A DNA stretch of 64,000 bases from Bdellovibrionales bacterium. Its GTDB lineage: Bacteria > Bdellovibrionota > Bdellovibrionia > Bdellovibrionales > UBA1609. Location: contig CBDHDF010000010.1 in NCBI GenBank assembly GCA_965261545.1, forward strand, positions 736,001 to 800,000, written 5' to 3'. Position 1 is the stretch's first letter. Each line of letters starts with the position of its first letter. Position numbers and translations under genes: made by a program. The notes beneath the pieces were generated by a model, which had not been told where the DNA came from, searched no databases, and saw nothing but the letters and a program-made list of their open reading frames with translations. Positions 52,014 to 62,149 of the stretch are shown here, piece by piece.

Positions 52014-53459
52014 CTATTTCGTGCCATAGGCATCATAGAGGGGAATGTTTACAAACTGGCCTACGGAGGGGGCTTCTTGAAAGGGGGTTCTATCTAAGGA
52101 GTTGTAAGCTTTTCCATCTTTGTGAAGCTCAATGAGGCGCTCTTCGTAAAGGGCATAGCTTTGGATATGGCTTGGCCATTGAATGGACATATCTTGACAT
52201 CTTCTTCTCTGGAGGTCGTATTGACACATACTATGATTGGATTTTATCACAAAGAGCCCTCTTTCCCCCTTGGGGGATAAAGGACTTAAAAAATCAGCTT
52301 TTTGAATAATGGTGGGGCGAAACCACTGACCTCTTCTAAAATTAAACACATAAATCTTGCCTTCATTTGTTAAGCCCACCAAATACCTTTTCAGGCCCTC
52401 ATCAAGTTCTTCAAAGTCTTTGAAAGGTCTCTCAGAATGGAGATAGAGCACTTTGTAATAGGAGTAGTTATCTCTATAGAGGTTCTTCAGAGGGGAGTAG
52501 ATATCAATGGTGAGGGCTTGGTTTTTAGCTTGATTTTCACCTCTCCTTCTATTTCCATTTCCATTTCCATAAAATAAGGTGGCTCCCGCAGAGGTTCTTT
52601 TAAGCATGTATCCCTTTGGAGCCACAACGGAAGAGACTATGGATCGACCTTGATCCAACAATTGGAGTTCACCAAGTATTTCATTGCCAGGTATTTCATC
52701 ACCAAATAGATCTTCAACTTTCACCTTGGAGTTCTTGTTGGGTTTTGCTGTCAAGGTGAGAAGCCCCTCCCTTATGGACATGGGGCCTGTGTTGAAAACA
52801 AAGTTGGCTCGTGCCACGCTCATGATGCGAGCCATAGACATATAGACGGGGTGAAAATTCTGCCCTTGAAGAGCAACCCTTGCATAATACTCCATTTCGA
52901 CACCATGGGAGCCGCGACTTTCTACGGACTGATCACAGCCTTGAATACGTATATCGCTATAGGGGCCATGTTTGCATTGAACATGGCCATAGCCTTCTGT
53001 ATGGCGGGCTTCATGGAGAAGAACACCCACGCGCCCCAGAGCTGATAGGGCGCTCCATGCATCCTGCATCGTAAAATATCCTCCAATGTTATAAGCCGTG
53101 GCTATCGGGTTGTCCTGCCCACGCCTAATCCCATAAGTCATGTCCTTGAGCCAACTGTAGTATCTATCTTTATTCACAAAGCTCTTGATAAAAAGATGAT
53201 CTATTGGATTCTCAGCTTCTTCGAATTTTCCATTTTCCACGATATATAAGTCGTTAAATAGCTTCTTTGTATCCACGTGGTTATGGCAGAGTTCGAGCCC
53301 TCCAAAACTTTTTGTGTTGATATTTAAGTCTCTGATATATTTTTTTGCTTGATTTTCTGAGATACAACCAAAGTCTGAACTCCGGTAGGGCAGGCTTTGA
53401 CCAAGTGCCGTGGCACAGAAAAACATAGTGATGGATGCCGTCCATAATAAGAACCCCAT
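52014..53459 (-). CDS. Hypothetical secreted protein with HEXXH motif (putative zinc metallopeptidase)
   Basis: Signal-like N-terminus and LLHEARHTEG. Confidence 0.6.
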   Translation of the reverse strand: MGFLLWTASITMFFCATALGQSLPYRSSDFGCISENQAKKYIRDLNINTKSFGGLELCHNHVDTKKLFNDLYIVENGKFEEAENPIDHLFIKSFVNKDRYYSWLKDMTYGIRRGQDNPIATAYNIGGYFTMQDAWSALSALGRVGVLLHEARHTEGYGHVQCKHGPYSDIRIQGCDQSVESRGSHGVEMEYYARVALQGQNFHPVYMSMARIMSVARANFVFNTGPMSIREGLLTLTAKPNKNSKVKVEDLFGDEIPGNEILGELQLLDQGRSIVSSVVAPKGYMLKRTSAGATLFYGNGNGNRRRGENQAKNQALTIDIYSPLKNLYRDNYSYYKVLYLHSERPFKDFEELDEGLKRYLVGLTNEGKIYVFNFRRGQWFRPTIIQKADFLSPLSPKGERGLFVIKSNHSMCQYDLQRRRCQDMSIQWPSHIQSYALYEERLIELHKDGKAYNSLDRTPFQEAPSVGQFVNIPLYDAYGTK

Positions 53460-53602
53460 AATTCCCCCTTTTTTTATCCATTTTTAGCCGCCATGCCATT
53501 TGGCATGGTGTACAAAAATTGTATATAAGAATTTTGTGCTTGGGTAGAATATTTTGGATTTTGAATAATTGGACATATCTATTCAGGGAATGTTATGGGT
53601 TT

Positions 53603-56600
53603 TTAACTTCGAGGATGCCCCCAACCTCCTCCTCCGGGGGTCTCGATAACGAAGATGTCGCCAACATCCATTTTGGTGCTATCGACACCCAGAAGGACCT
53701 CGATTTGCCCGTTGGTACGCTCGACACTGTTACGCCCGAGTGCACCACTACCGCCACCTTCAAGTCCGTAGGGCGGCACTCGCCGATGGCTGGAGATAAT
53801 CGCCACAGTCATTGGCTCTAGAAAACGAATACGACGGCGTACGCCATTGCCGCCTCGCCAGCGACCAGCACCACCACTGCCCTGCCGGATCTCAAAACTT
53901 TCTAGGCGCACCGGATAGCGCCACTCTAGAATTTCTGGATCGGTAAGACGGGTATTGGTCATATGGACATGCACAGCATCCGCCCCATCAAAACCATCAC
54001 CTGCGCCAGAGCCACCACAAATGGTCTCATAATACTGGTAGTTGGCATTGCCAAAAGTGAAATTATTGGCCGTGCCCTGGGATTCGGCCACAACATTGAG
54101 TGCACCAAACAACGCATCGACGATATATTGCGAGGTCTCGACATTACCAGCCACCACCGCCGCAGGAGCCTGCGGCCTCAAGATCGACCGCTCTCTGAGG
54201 CGAATATCTAGGGGTCGAAGCCCACCGGCGTTCAGTGGAATATCCACATCGCAGAGACAGCGAAAAACATAGAGAACAGCTGCCATGCAAACTGCCGTCG
54301 GCGCATTAAAATTGCCATCCACCTGGTCTGAAGAGTGCGAAAAATCCAGGATCACCCGTTGCGCAGCCTTATCTATGGTAATATCCACTGCAATTCGCCA
54401 ACCCTGGTCGGTCTCGATCTCAAAACGGCCCGAACGGAGGCCATCGAGCACCTGGCGCACACTCTCTTCAGCATTATCGCACACATGACGCATATAAGCT
54501 TGGACGGTCTCCAAGCCGAAATTCGCCACCATCCTGCACAATTCACCTACGCCCTTCTGGTTGGCCGCAATCTGGGCACGAAAATCAGCAAGATTCTCAA
54601 TCGGATTGCGAGCCGGATAGCGTGCGCCTTCAAGAAGCGCCAGCACCTCGTCCTCTAAAAAGCGCCCACCGCACACCACCTGGACATCATCGAACAAAAC
54701 ACCCCTTCTTCCTCAATATGGCGGCTGTCTGGTGGCATAGAACCGGGAGTGATACCGCCAATATCAGCATGATGGCCACGATTTGCAACATAGAACCAAA
54801 CCGCATTGCCATCGGGGGCAAAAACGGGCGTGATAAACGTAACATCTGGCAGATGTGTACCGCCATTATAGGGTGCATTCAGCATGAAAACATCGCCCGG
54901 TGCCATTGTCTCAGTGCGAGATCGAATCACCGACTGTACCGATTCGGACATCGACCCCAAATGGACGGGGATATGTGGAGCGTTGGCCACCAATTCGCCA
55001 TTGGAATCAAACACGGCACAAGAGAAGTCAAGCCTCTCCTTGATATTCACGGAGGAGGCCGTGGCAACAAGTGACGCCCCCATTTGTTCGGCTGTTGCCA
55101 TGAATAGGTTGTTAAAAACCTCCAGCAATACAGGATCTGCCTCGGTACGAGACGCCACCTGAGCTATAACCGGACGGACACGCTTCAACACGAGGTTGCC
55201 ACTCTCAAGCAAACGAGCTTCCCAGCCGGACTCAACCACCGTGGTCGCAGTGTCCTCAACAACAATCGCCGGCCCCATCACAGGACTTCCAGGCCTGAGA
55301 TTTCCACGAATACGTATAGGAACTTCATGCATCTGGCCTTCAGTGAACAACCGAACCTCTGTAGTCAAAACCGACTTTTCACCTCCACCCGCAATAACAG
55401 ACTCCACGGGCCAGTCTGCCCGCCCGATTAATTCCAGTGTGACCGCCTCGACCACAAGCCCCTTGGTCTTTGAAACAAAACCAAAACGCTGTCGGTGCTG
55501 GTTCTCGAAGGCCACTCGCACCTCCGCCTCTGGGCCAAAAGGCACCGTCAGTGGAGCATTGGTGCCGTCATAACGTACATGAAGTCGACGCTCCACTTCG
55601 ACCCGGTCCGGCGGCACACCTTGGGCTCCCATCTCTGACCAAGCCAGAGCCTCCAACTGCTCAAATGCCACTTCCACTTCCCCAATTTCAGCAAGCGGCA
55701 CTTCGACGGCCGTCTCACGCAATACCCTGATATCAGCAAGGCCCATACCGTAAGCGGAGAGCACACCCGCAAAGGGATGGATCAACACGGTTTCCATGCC
55801 AAGTACATCGGCAACAGCACAGGCATGCTGACCACCTGCGCCACCGAAACAATGGAGTACATAGCTCGTAACATCATATCCACGCTCAATGGAAATACGC
55901 TTGATGGCATGGGCCATGTTCTCAACAGCGATCCGCAGAAAACCCTCCGCCACGGCCTCTGCACTACGCCCATCACCAATGCGCCCGGCAAGAGAGATAA
56001 ATTTGCGGCGCACAATGTCGACATCCAGTGGCTTGTTACCCTCCGGACCGAAAATATGTGGAAAAAAACCAGGCAATAACCGGCCAAGCATGAGGTTGCA
56101 ATCCGTAACCGTCAGCGGACCGCCACGCCGGTAACAAGCAGCGCCAGGGTTGGCACCAGCACTCTCCGTCTCCGGGCCCACCCGGAAGCGTCGACCATCA
56201 TAGTGCAGAATGGAGCCACCACCAGCGGCAACAGTGTGAATGTCAAGCATTGGTGCACGCATCCGTAGGCCAGCGACCTCGGTTTCAATGGCTCGCTCAT
56301 AGCGACCAGCATAGTGGGAAACGTCCGTTGACGTGCCCCCCATGTCAAAGCCGATGATGCGATCAAAACCCGCCGACCGAGCGACCTCAACAGCCCCGAC
56401 AATACCACCTGCGGGCCCAGAAAAGATGGCGTCCTTACCCTGAAAATGATGGGCATCAACCAGACCGCCATTGGACTGCATGAATAACAATCGTGTCTCG
56501 CCGAGGGCGGCCACCATGCGTTCGACATGACGGCGAAGAATCGGTGAAAGATAAGCATCCACAACCGTGGTGTTACCACGGGAGACGAACTTCATCAGTG

Positions 56601-57053
56601 GCGAAACCTTGTAGCTCACCGACACCTGCTCGAAGCCCACATGTCGAGCTATCTTCTCAACCGCCACTTCATGTTCGTTATAGCGGTAACCGTGCATCAA
56701 ACAAATGGCGACAGCTCGAAAACCTTCCCTATGAGCACGAGCAAGGTCTGCCTCCAACTTTTCCTTGTCCAACGGCTTTACCACCTCACCCTGGGAACCC
56801 ATACGCTCATCCGCCTCAACAACAGCGTCGTAGAGTGCTTCTGGGAACCGTATATTCAAATCGAAAAGACGTGGACGATTCTGGTAGCCAATCTGAAGTT
56901 GATCGGCGAAGCCATGGGTCACCACCAACAGTGTAGACTCCCCCTTGCGTTCTAAAAGTGCATTGGTCGCAACGGTGGTGCCCATTCGCACCGCCTCGAT
57001 ATGCTCGGTCGGAATCGGATCATCCACTGCCACCCCCCCATAATACTGCGAAA
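53603..57053 (-). pseudogene. 5-oxoprolinase / hydantoinase A+B fusion, 5'-truncated and frameshifted
   Basis: MGTTVATNALLERKG, SGPAGG, DMGGTSTD, SVNIKERLDFSCA, YYETICGG, ETPGGGG. Frameshift near 54695 (EEGV/LFDD). The N-terminal DRGGTFTD segment is absent. Confidence 0.9.
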
Positions 57054-58989
57054 ACTCCCCGGACACAATAGACAACTTTTCCATTGAAATTTCCATAAAT
57101 ATATATAATCATTCACTTTATGCAATTGGTCGTAAATATGCTCGCTATCGTTGGCATCCACCTGAGGATTCTTCCCATTTAGCTTCGAACCATAGTCAAA
57201 GGAATGATAATGGCCCACCAAACAAAACATCAAAATCCATGGACAGCTCAGTTAAAAAGTGTCTATCAAAGCGACCAAGCCACACGGGTTCAACAGACAT
57301 ACGAAGTTGTTGTTCCAAAAATAAAGAAACAATTAAAGCAGAAAGTAAAACAACAGAAAATAATGGAGGTTAAAAATGGAAACATCAGTAGCTCTTTATT
57401 GTCGAGTGTCCTCAGATAAACAAGCTCAAGAGGGAACCATTGATTCACAGATTTCTAGTCTTCACGATTTCGCTAAGGAACACAGCTTTTGTGTAGAGGA
57501 GGATCTTATATTTACGGATAATGGTGTGAGTGGTGCCACCCTTGTTCGTCCTGCTTTAGACTCCCTTCGCGACAAAGCTTTTTCTGGGGAGGTTACAAAG
57601 GTACTTGTGTTATGTCCAGACAGATTAGCTCGTAAATATGCCCATCAATTGATTCTAATTGAAGAATTTCAGAGGCTAGGTGTTGAAATTATTTTTTCTA
57701 ATAGAGATATTACAAATTCACCCGAAGATCAGCTTTTGCTACAAATACAAGGAGTCATTTCAGAATATGAAAGAGAAAAAATTATGGAAAGAAGTCGAAG
57801 GGGTAAACTTCAAAAGGCTTCTAAGGGCTTTGTTAGCGTTTTATGTGGAGCTCCCTATGGTTATATATATATTCCGAAAGCAGACTCCGCTGACGCACGA
57901 TATGAGGTCCATCCAGAAGAGTCTAAAGTTGTTAAAGATGTTTTTCAAATGTATTGCCGAAACAAACTAAGTATTAGAGCAATTGCAAAGGAATTAAATA
58001 TAAGGGGGGTGCCTACTAAAAAACAACAAGGTATTTGGGAGCGTTCAACTGTTTGGTGTATGCTTAAAAACCCCGCTTATTATGGACAAGCTGCTTTTAG
58101 AAAGACTATCCAGGTAGAAAGGTTGCGTCCAACCAAGTTAGCAAGAGACAATAATTTTTATCCAAAAAATCCTAAATCAAGCTCTTCCGATCGAAATAAA
58201 AAGGATTGGATATATATTCCCGTTCCATCTATAATTTCTTCAAAAACTTTTCAAGATGCATCCAGTCAATTGGAAACTAACAAAAAACTTTCCCCTCGGA
58301 ATAATAAAAAATATGAGTATTTGTTAAGTGGTCTTTTACGATGCAAAGAGTGTGGTTATTCGATCTATGGCAAACCCGCTTCTAATTCAAGGTATAAGCG
58401 TTGTTATTATCGCTGTATGGGACAAGATGGTCATAGATGGCCAGCTAAAGGTAGAGTTTGCTCATCTCATCCCGTAAGAGTTGAAGTTTTAGATGACTTA
58501 GTTTGGGAACAAACAGTTAAATTACTTGAAAATCCTCAGGCAGTTATAGATGAGTATACAAATAGAATTCATGAGCAAAAAGGCCAACAACAATCATTGG
58601 AAAAATTAATTGCAAAAAAGGCTCAGGAGATTCGTCAAATAACACATGAAAAGGAACGTCTCTTGGATCTTTATCAAAATGGAACTCTAAATCTATCAGA
58701 AATAGAGTCACGATTAAAAAAAATAAGAGGCAAAATAAAGCAACTTGAAAATGAAAAGCAATCTTTAGAGTATGAGCAAAGGCAAGAAGGACAACAATTA
58801 CAGCTTGTAGATCAACTCCAAGAATTCCAAAAAAAAGTGAGTGCCAACTTAAAGGTATTGAGTTTTGAGCAAAAAAAGGAGATTGTAAGGCTACTGGTAA
58901 AGGAGGTTGAGCTGAACATTAAGACAAGTGAAATTGTGGTTCGACACGTTGTGCCAACATCCAAAAGTTTGCCATTGTGTCCGGGGAGT
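57054..58989 (+). mobile_element. Minimal large-serine-recombinase element (small ORF + LSR) bounded by 27-bp inverted repeats
   Basis: 57054-57080 ACTCCCCGGACACAATAGACAACTTTT and 58963-58989 AAAAGTTTGCCATTGTGTCCGGGGAGT match 24/27, with the outer 16 perfect. Unrelated genes are cut at each end. Confidence 0.82.
57210..57419 (+). CDS. Small basic protein overlapping the recombinase start
   Basis: AAGGA RBS before ATG 57204/57210. Overlaps the LSR by 44 nt and lies inside the IRs. Confidence 0.55.
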   Translation: MAHQTKHQNPWTAQLKSVYQSDQATRVQQTYEVVVPKIKKQLKQKVKQQKIMEVKNGNISSSLLSSVLR

Positions 58990-58998
58990 CACACATGA
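57376..58998 (+). CDS. Large serine recombinase (resolvase + recombinase + zinc ribbon + coiled coil)
   Basis: ALYCRVSS catalytic Ser, DNGVSGATLVRPAL, DRLAR, LKNPAYYG, LLSGLLRCKECG, YYRC. GGAGG RBS. Confidence 0.96.
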   Translation: METSVALYCRVSSDKQAQEGTIDSQISSLHDFAKEHSFCVEEDLIFTDNGVSGATLVRPALDSLRDKAFSGEVTKVLVLCPDRLARKYAHQLILIEEFQRLGVEIIFSNRDITNSPEDQLLLQIQGVISEYEREKIMERSRRGKLQKASKGFVSVLCGAPYGYIYIPKADSADARYEVHPEESKVVKDVFQMYCRNKLSIRAIAKELNIRGVPTKKQQGIWERSTVWCMLKNPAYYGQAAFRKTIQVERLRPTKLARDNNFYPKNPKSSSSDRNKKDWIYIPVPSIISSKTFQDASSQLETNKKLSPRNNKKYEYLLSGLLRCKECGYSIYGKPASNSRYKRCYYRCMGQDGHRWPAKGRVCSSHPVRVEVLDDLVWEQTVKLLENPQAVIDEYTNRIHEQKGQQQSLEKLIAKKAQEIRQITHEKERLLDLYQNGTLNLSEIESRLKKIRGKIKQLENEKQSLEYEQRQEGQQLQLVDQLQEFQKKVSANLKVLSFEQKKEIVRLLVKEVELNIKTSEIVVRHVVPTSKSLPLCPGSHT

Positions 58999-59323
58999 GC
59001 CTTGAGGTGTACCCTCATCGGTCATCCTGAGCTCCCCATCAGACAAAACTCCAGCCTTCAGCATTCTCACAATATACCTTATGAATCTTTCATCCGTGAT
59101 TTTCATCTTGAGTATGGACACTAATTTCTTATGGTCGATAGAACCAAAGTAATTTTCTAAATCCAAATCAATGATATAGCCCACTTTCCCATGATAGAGA
59201 TGCTGGTAGCACTGCCTGATGGCAGTGTGACAGCCTACTCCTCGACGGAATCCAAATGAACAGTCTTGGAAAATCGGTTCATAGATGGCTTCGAGAATTT
59301 TACTGAACATACGCTGGACCATC
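58990..59323 (-). pseudogene. Group II intron reverse transcriptase internal fragment
   Basis: MVQ...ILEAIYEPIFQDCSFGFRRG, DLDLENYFGSIDH, RMLKAG, EGTPQGSCV. Cut at both ends by mobile elements; no YADD. Confidence 0.92.
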
Positions 59324-59465
59324 TGTTATACGATACTTTATTCTGACTAGAATTCGCCTTTATTTTTTATTTTTCTTTGACCATCCCTAGAGAATTATTA
59401 CATTCCCTTGACTAAGTCTTGTCATAACCTCCCCATGAGTTTAATACTCTGCATCAGGAGGTGTT

Positions 59466-59915
59466 ATGATTTTAGCTACTTTTGTATCAACGGATGACCT
59501 TGTAAAAGAAGGTAAGAATTACAATTGGAAGAGGCCATGTAAGTGCCAAAATCCCGGCTGTAACAGTGAGAAGCTCTGGGGCCATGGCTATGTGAAGAGA
59601 TACTTTTTTGCATGCTCTGAAGCGGTCTACCTCAAGCGCTGGCGGTGTCCTCACTGCCACAGTGTTATAACGACAAGACCCAAGTCGTTCTGGCGTCGTT
59701 TTCAAGAGACAAAGTCTCGTATTTTCGAAGCATTACGACATCGTCTGAACCCCAAGATTCCCAAGGCATGGCCCCTTTGGACAACGAGGCAAAGAGCGGG
59801 GCACTGGCTGAAAAAACTTCTTAATCACGCTAAGGCTTATAATCTGATGAAAGAAAAAGATCCACTTAGCACAGTGGCCTTTTATCAAGAGAAAAACCTG
59901 GACATTTTTGGTTAA
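59466..59915 (+). CDS. Transposon accessory Cys-rich protein (DUF6431-like)
   Basis: CQNPGC...WGHGYVKR...RWRCPHC. AGGAGG RBS. Confidence 0.75.
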   Translation: MILATFVSTDDLVKEGKNYNWKRPCKCQNPGCNSEKLWGHGYVKRYFFACSEAVYLKRWRCPHCHSVITTRPKSFWRRFQETKSRIFEALRHRLNPKIPKAWPLWTTRQRAGHWLKKLLNHAKAYNLMKEKDPLSTVAFYQEKNLDIFG

Positions 59916-60050
59916 CGAAGTTTGCCAGTGCTCCCATTTATTTTCAACCTACCGTTTCTTGTCATTAACAAAGAGTCAGGAAGTTGTGTATCTCTTATTT
60001 CAAGAAAGATTTCCAATAACGGAAATTAAATCAAAGAAAGAGAGGTCAAA

Positions 60051-61349
60051 ATGGCTGATAAGGACAAGAAAATGGAGGTTGCCACCTTTAGATTCGGAGT
60101 GATTTCTGAATTTGTTACAGGGTTGCGCCTTGAATATGGAGAAAAAGAGAGATTGCTTACGGAAAAATCTTCCAAGAGCTATCGTGTTCCCTACTCATCA
60201 TCGACTCGTGTGAGTCGTTCCACCATAAAAAAATGGATTGCAGACTACAAGGGATCGGGCAATAGATTAGAGGGGCTTATGCCATCGGATCGCAAGGATC
60301 AAGGTCAATTTAGAAGTCTTGATGAATCTCTCCAAGTGGTCATTAAAGAGATCATGAAGGCAAAGGGACATTTTACAGGCATAGCCCTTGTCAATGCTCT
60401 ACGTCAGCGCGGCTCTATTGGTACCAATGAAGAGATCAATATGAGTGTGCTTTATAGATTTTTAAAGCATCACAAATTGCAACAAAAAGAGTCCACAGAT
60501 CGTAGGTCCTTTGAAGCTTCGTCTCCCAATGAAATGTGGCAGTCAGATGTTCTTCATGGCCCCATTGTGGTTGGCAAAAAGAGAAAGAAAGTAAAATCCT
60601 ACCTCATTGCCATATTGGATGACAATTCTCGCATCATTCCCCACGGGGAGTTTTATGAGTCCGAAAGGCTTGAGAATATGAAGGATTGTCTTAAGAAAGC
60701 TGTTGAGAAGAGGGGGCTTCCTCAAAAGCTTTATATCGATAATGGGGCTTGTTTTAAGGCTATAAACTTGGAACAGGTCACAGCTTCCTTGGGTATTCAG
60801 ATTATTCACACTCCTCCTTATACTCCTCAGGGTCGGGGGAAAGTGGAGCGTTGGTTTCGATATGTACGGGAAAACTTCTTTCCTCGCTGCGATGAAAAAA
60901 CCTTGAGCCTTGAAGAACTGAATGAGGTATTTTCTGACTGGGTGGAGAGTTATCACCACAAAGTTCATGGAACCACTGGCGAAACTCCATTGGCGAAATT
61001 CCGTAAAAATATGAAGTGTGTTCGTCCCGCTCCCCCCAATCTATTGGACTATTTTCGATTTATTCAATTTCGACGAGTTAAAAAGGATCGAACTTTTCAT
61101 TTGAATGGAACCATATATGAAGCTCCCGTAGACCTGATCGATAGAAGAGTGGAACTCAAGTTCCACAGAGAGACTCCCGAAGATGTTGAAATTTTCTTTG
61201 ATGGAAGAAGCTTTGGTCAGGCCAATTTATTGGATCGGCATGTGAATTTTTACTTGGGTCGCAATGGAAAGGTGACTTCTGCCACGAAAGAGACAAAACC
61301 AAAATCAGGAGAATTATTTTCAGGAGATAAAACAGGAGGGAAGAAATGA
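60051..61349 (+). CDS. DDE transposase (IS481/Mu-like, rve core with Mu C-terminal-like domain)
   Basis: FEASSPNEMWQSD, ILDDNSR, LYIDNG, PYTPQGRGKVERWF, YHHKVH. Confidence 0.93.
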   Translation: MADKDKKMEVATFRFGVISEFVTGLRLEYGEKERLLTEKSSKSYRVPYSSSTRVSRSTIKKWIADYKGSGNRLEGLMPSDRKDQGQFRSLDESLQVVIKEIMKAKGHFTGIALVNALRQRGSIGTNEEINMSVLYRFLKHHKLQQKESTDRRSFEASSPNEMWQSDVLHGPIVVGKKRKKVKSYLIAILDDNSRIIPHGEFYESERLENMKDCLKKAVEKRGLPQKLYIDNGACFKAINLEQVTASLGIQIIHTPPYTPQGRGKVERWFRYVRENFFPRCDEKTLSLEELNEVFSDWVESYHHKVHGTTGETPLAKFRKNMKCVRPAPPNLLDYFRFIQFRRVKKDRTFHLNGTIYEAPVDLIDRRVELKFHRETPEDVEIFFDGRSFGQANLLDRHVNFYLGRNGKVTSATKETKPKSGELFSGDKTGGKK

Positions 61350-62149
61350 AATACATTGAATATTTTGGAATGAAGTTCTCTCCTTTTAATGACAATCTTA
61401 AATCCAAAGACCTTATGTCTTTACCTGGAACAATGGCAGTGAAAGAGAGATTGGATTATGTTCTTTCCATTGGTGGAATTATGGTCGTCACCGGCGATGT
61501 TGGCACCGGAAAATCCACCGCCATGAGATGGAGTTTAGATCAATTCCACAAATCTGAAATTAACAGCTGTTATGTGACGGCGAACAGTGGCTCAACCAGT
61601 GAGCTATATAGACAATTGTGTTGGAGTATAAATTTAAATTTAAGAGGAAACCATAGGTCCTTCCTTCTTAAGGAATTCAAAGAAGCCATCTCAGAAATAT
61701 TAGAACAACAAAGAAATAAAATTGTGGTTATCATTGATGAGGCATCCTTATTGAGAGTCGATGTCTTTGCTGAATTGCATACGATTAACCAATTCAACTT
61801 TGATTCTGAAAAAAGATTCTCACTTATTTTGGTGGGACAGAATAACCTTCTTGATAAATTGAAGTATAGAACTTCTCTGCCCTTGGCTTCTCGTGTGATG
61901 ACCCACGCTCACCTACCAGCTCTTAATGAAGAAAATATGAGAAATTATCTAGATCATCACCTTAAAATCTCTGGAATCAAGAATAAACTCATGACAGATA
62001 ATGCTGTCACAGCCATTTGGCAGGGCTCTGGAGGCTTGCTAAGAAAAGCCAATTTGATTGCCAGAGGTTCATTGATTGCATGTATGAAAGCTTCTGAAGA
62101 ACAAATTACAGAAGAACATGTTCGCCAAGCCGCCACAGAACTTATTTAA
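61346..62149 (+). CDS. ExeA-family AAA ATPase (transposition helper)
   Basis: Walker A GDVGTGKS, Walker B VIIDEA, LILVGQ. ATGA-coupled to the transposase. Confidence 0.9.
   Translation: MKYIEYFGMKFSPFNDNLKSKDLMSLPGTMAVKERLDYVLSIGGIMVVTGDVGTGKSTAMRWSLDQFHKSEINSCYVTANSGSTSELYRQLCWSINLNLRGNHRSFLLKEFKEAISEILEQQRNKIVVIIDEASLLRVDVFAELHTINQFNFDSEKRFSLILVGQNNLLDKLKYRTSLPLASRVMTHAHLPALNEENMRNYLDHHLKISGIKNKLMTDNAVTAIWQGSGGLLRKANLIARGSLIACMKASEEQITEEHVRQAATELI

Noticed and set aside
869..56955. Numerous 60-170 aa ORFs overlapping or antisense to assigned genes
   Set aside because: Shadow ORFs without motifs or RBS support.
57054..57096. MEISMEKLSIVSGEF as the oxoprolinase N-terminus
   Set aside because: It is read out of the recombinase element's left end, not from the enzyme gene.
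57376..58998. Prophage or ICE integrase
   Set aside because: No phage or conjugation genes nearby, and the IRs tightly bracket the gene.
58990..59323. RT as a DGR or retron diversifying the surface proteins
   Set aside because: Motifs are group II intron-type and the gene is a fragment without YADD. I saw no TR/VR pair with adenine-specific differences.
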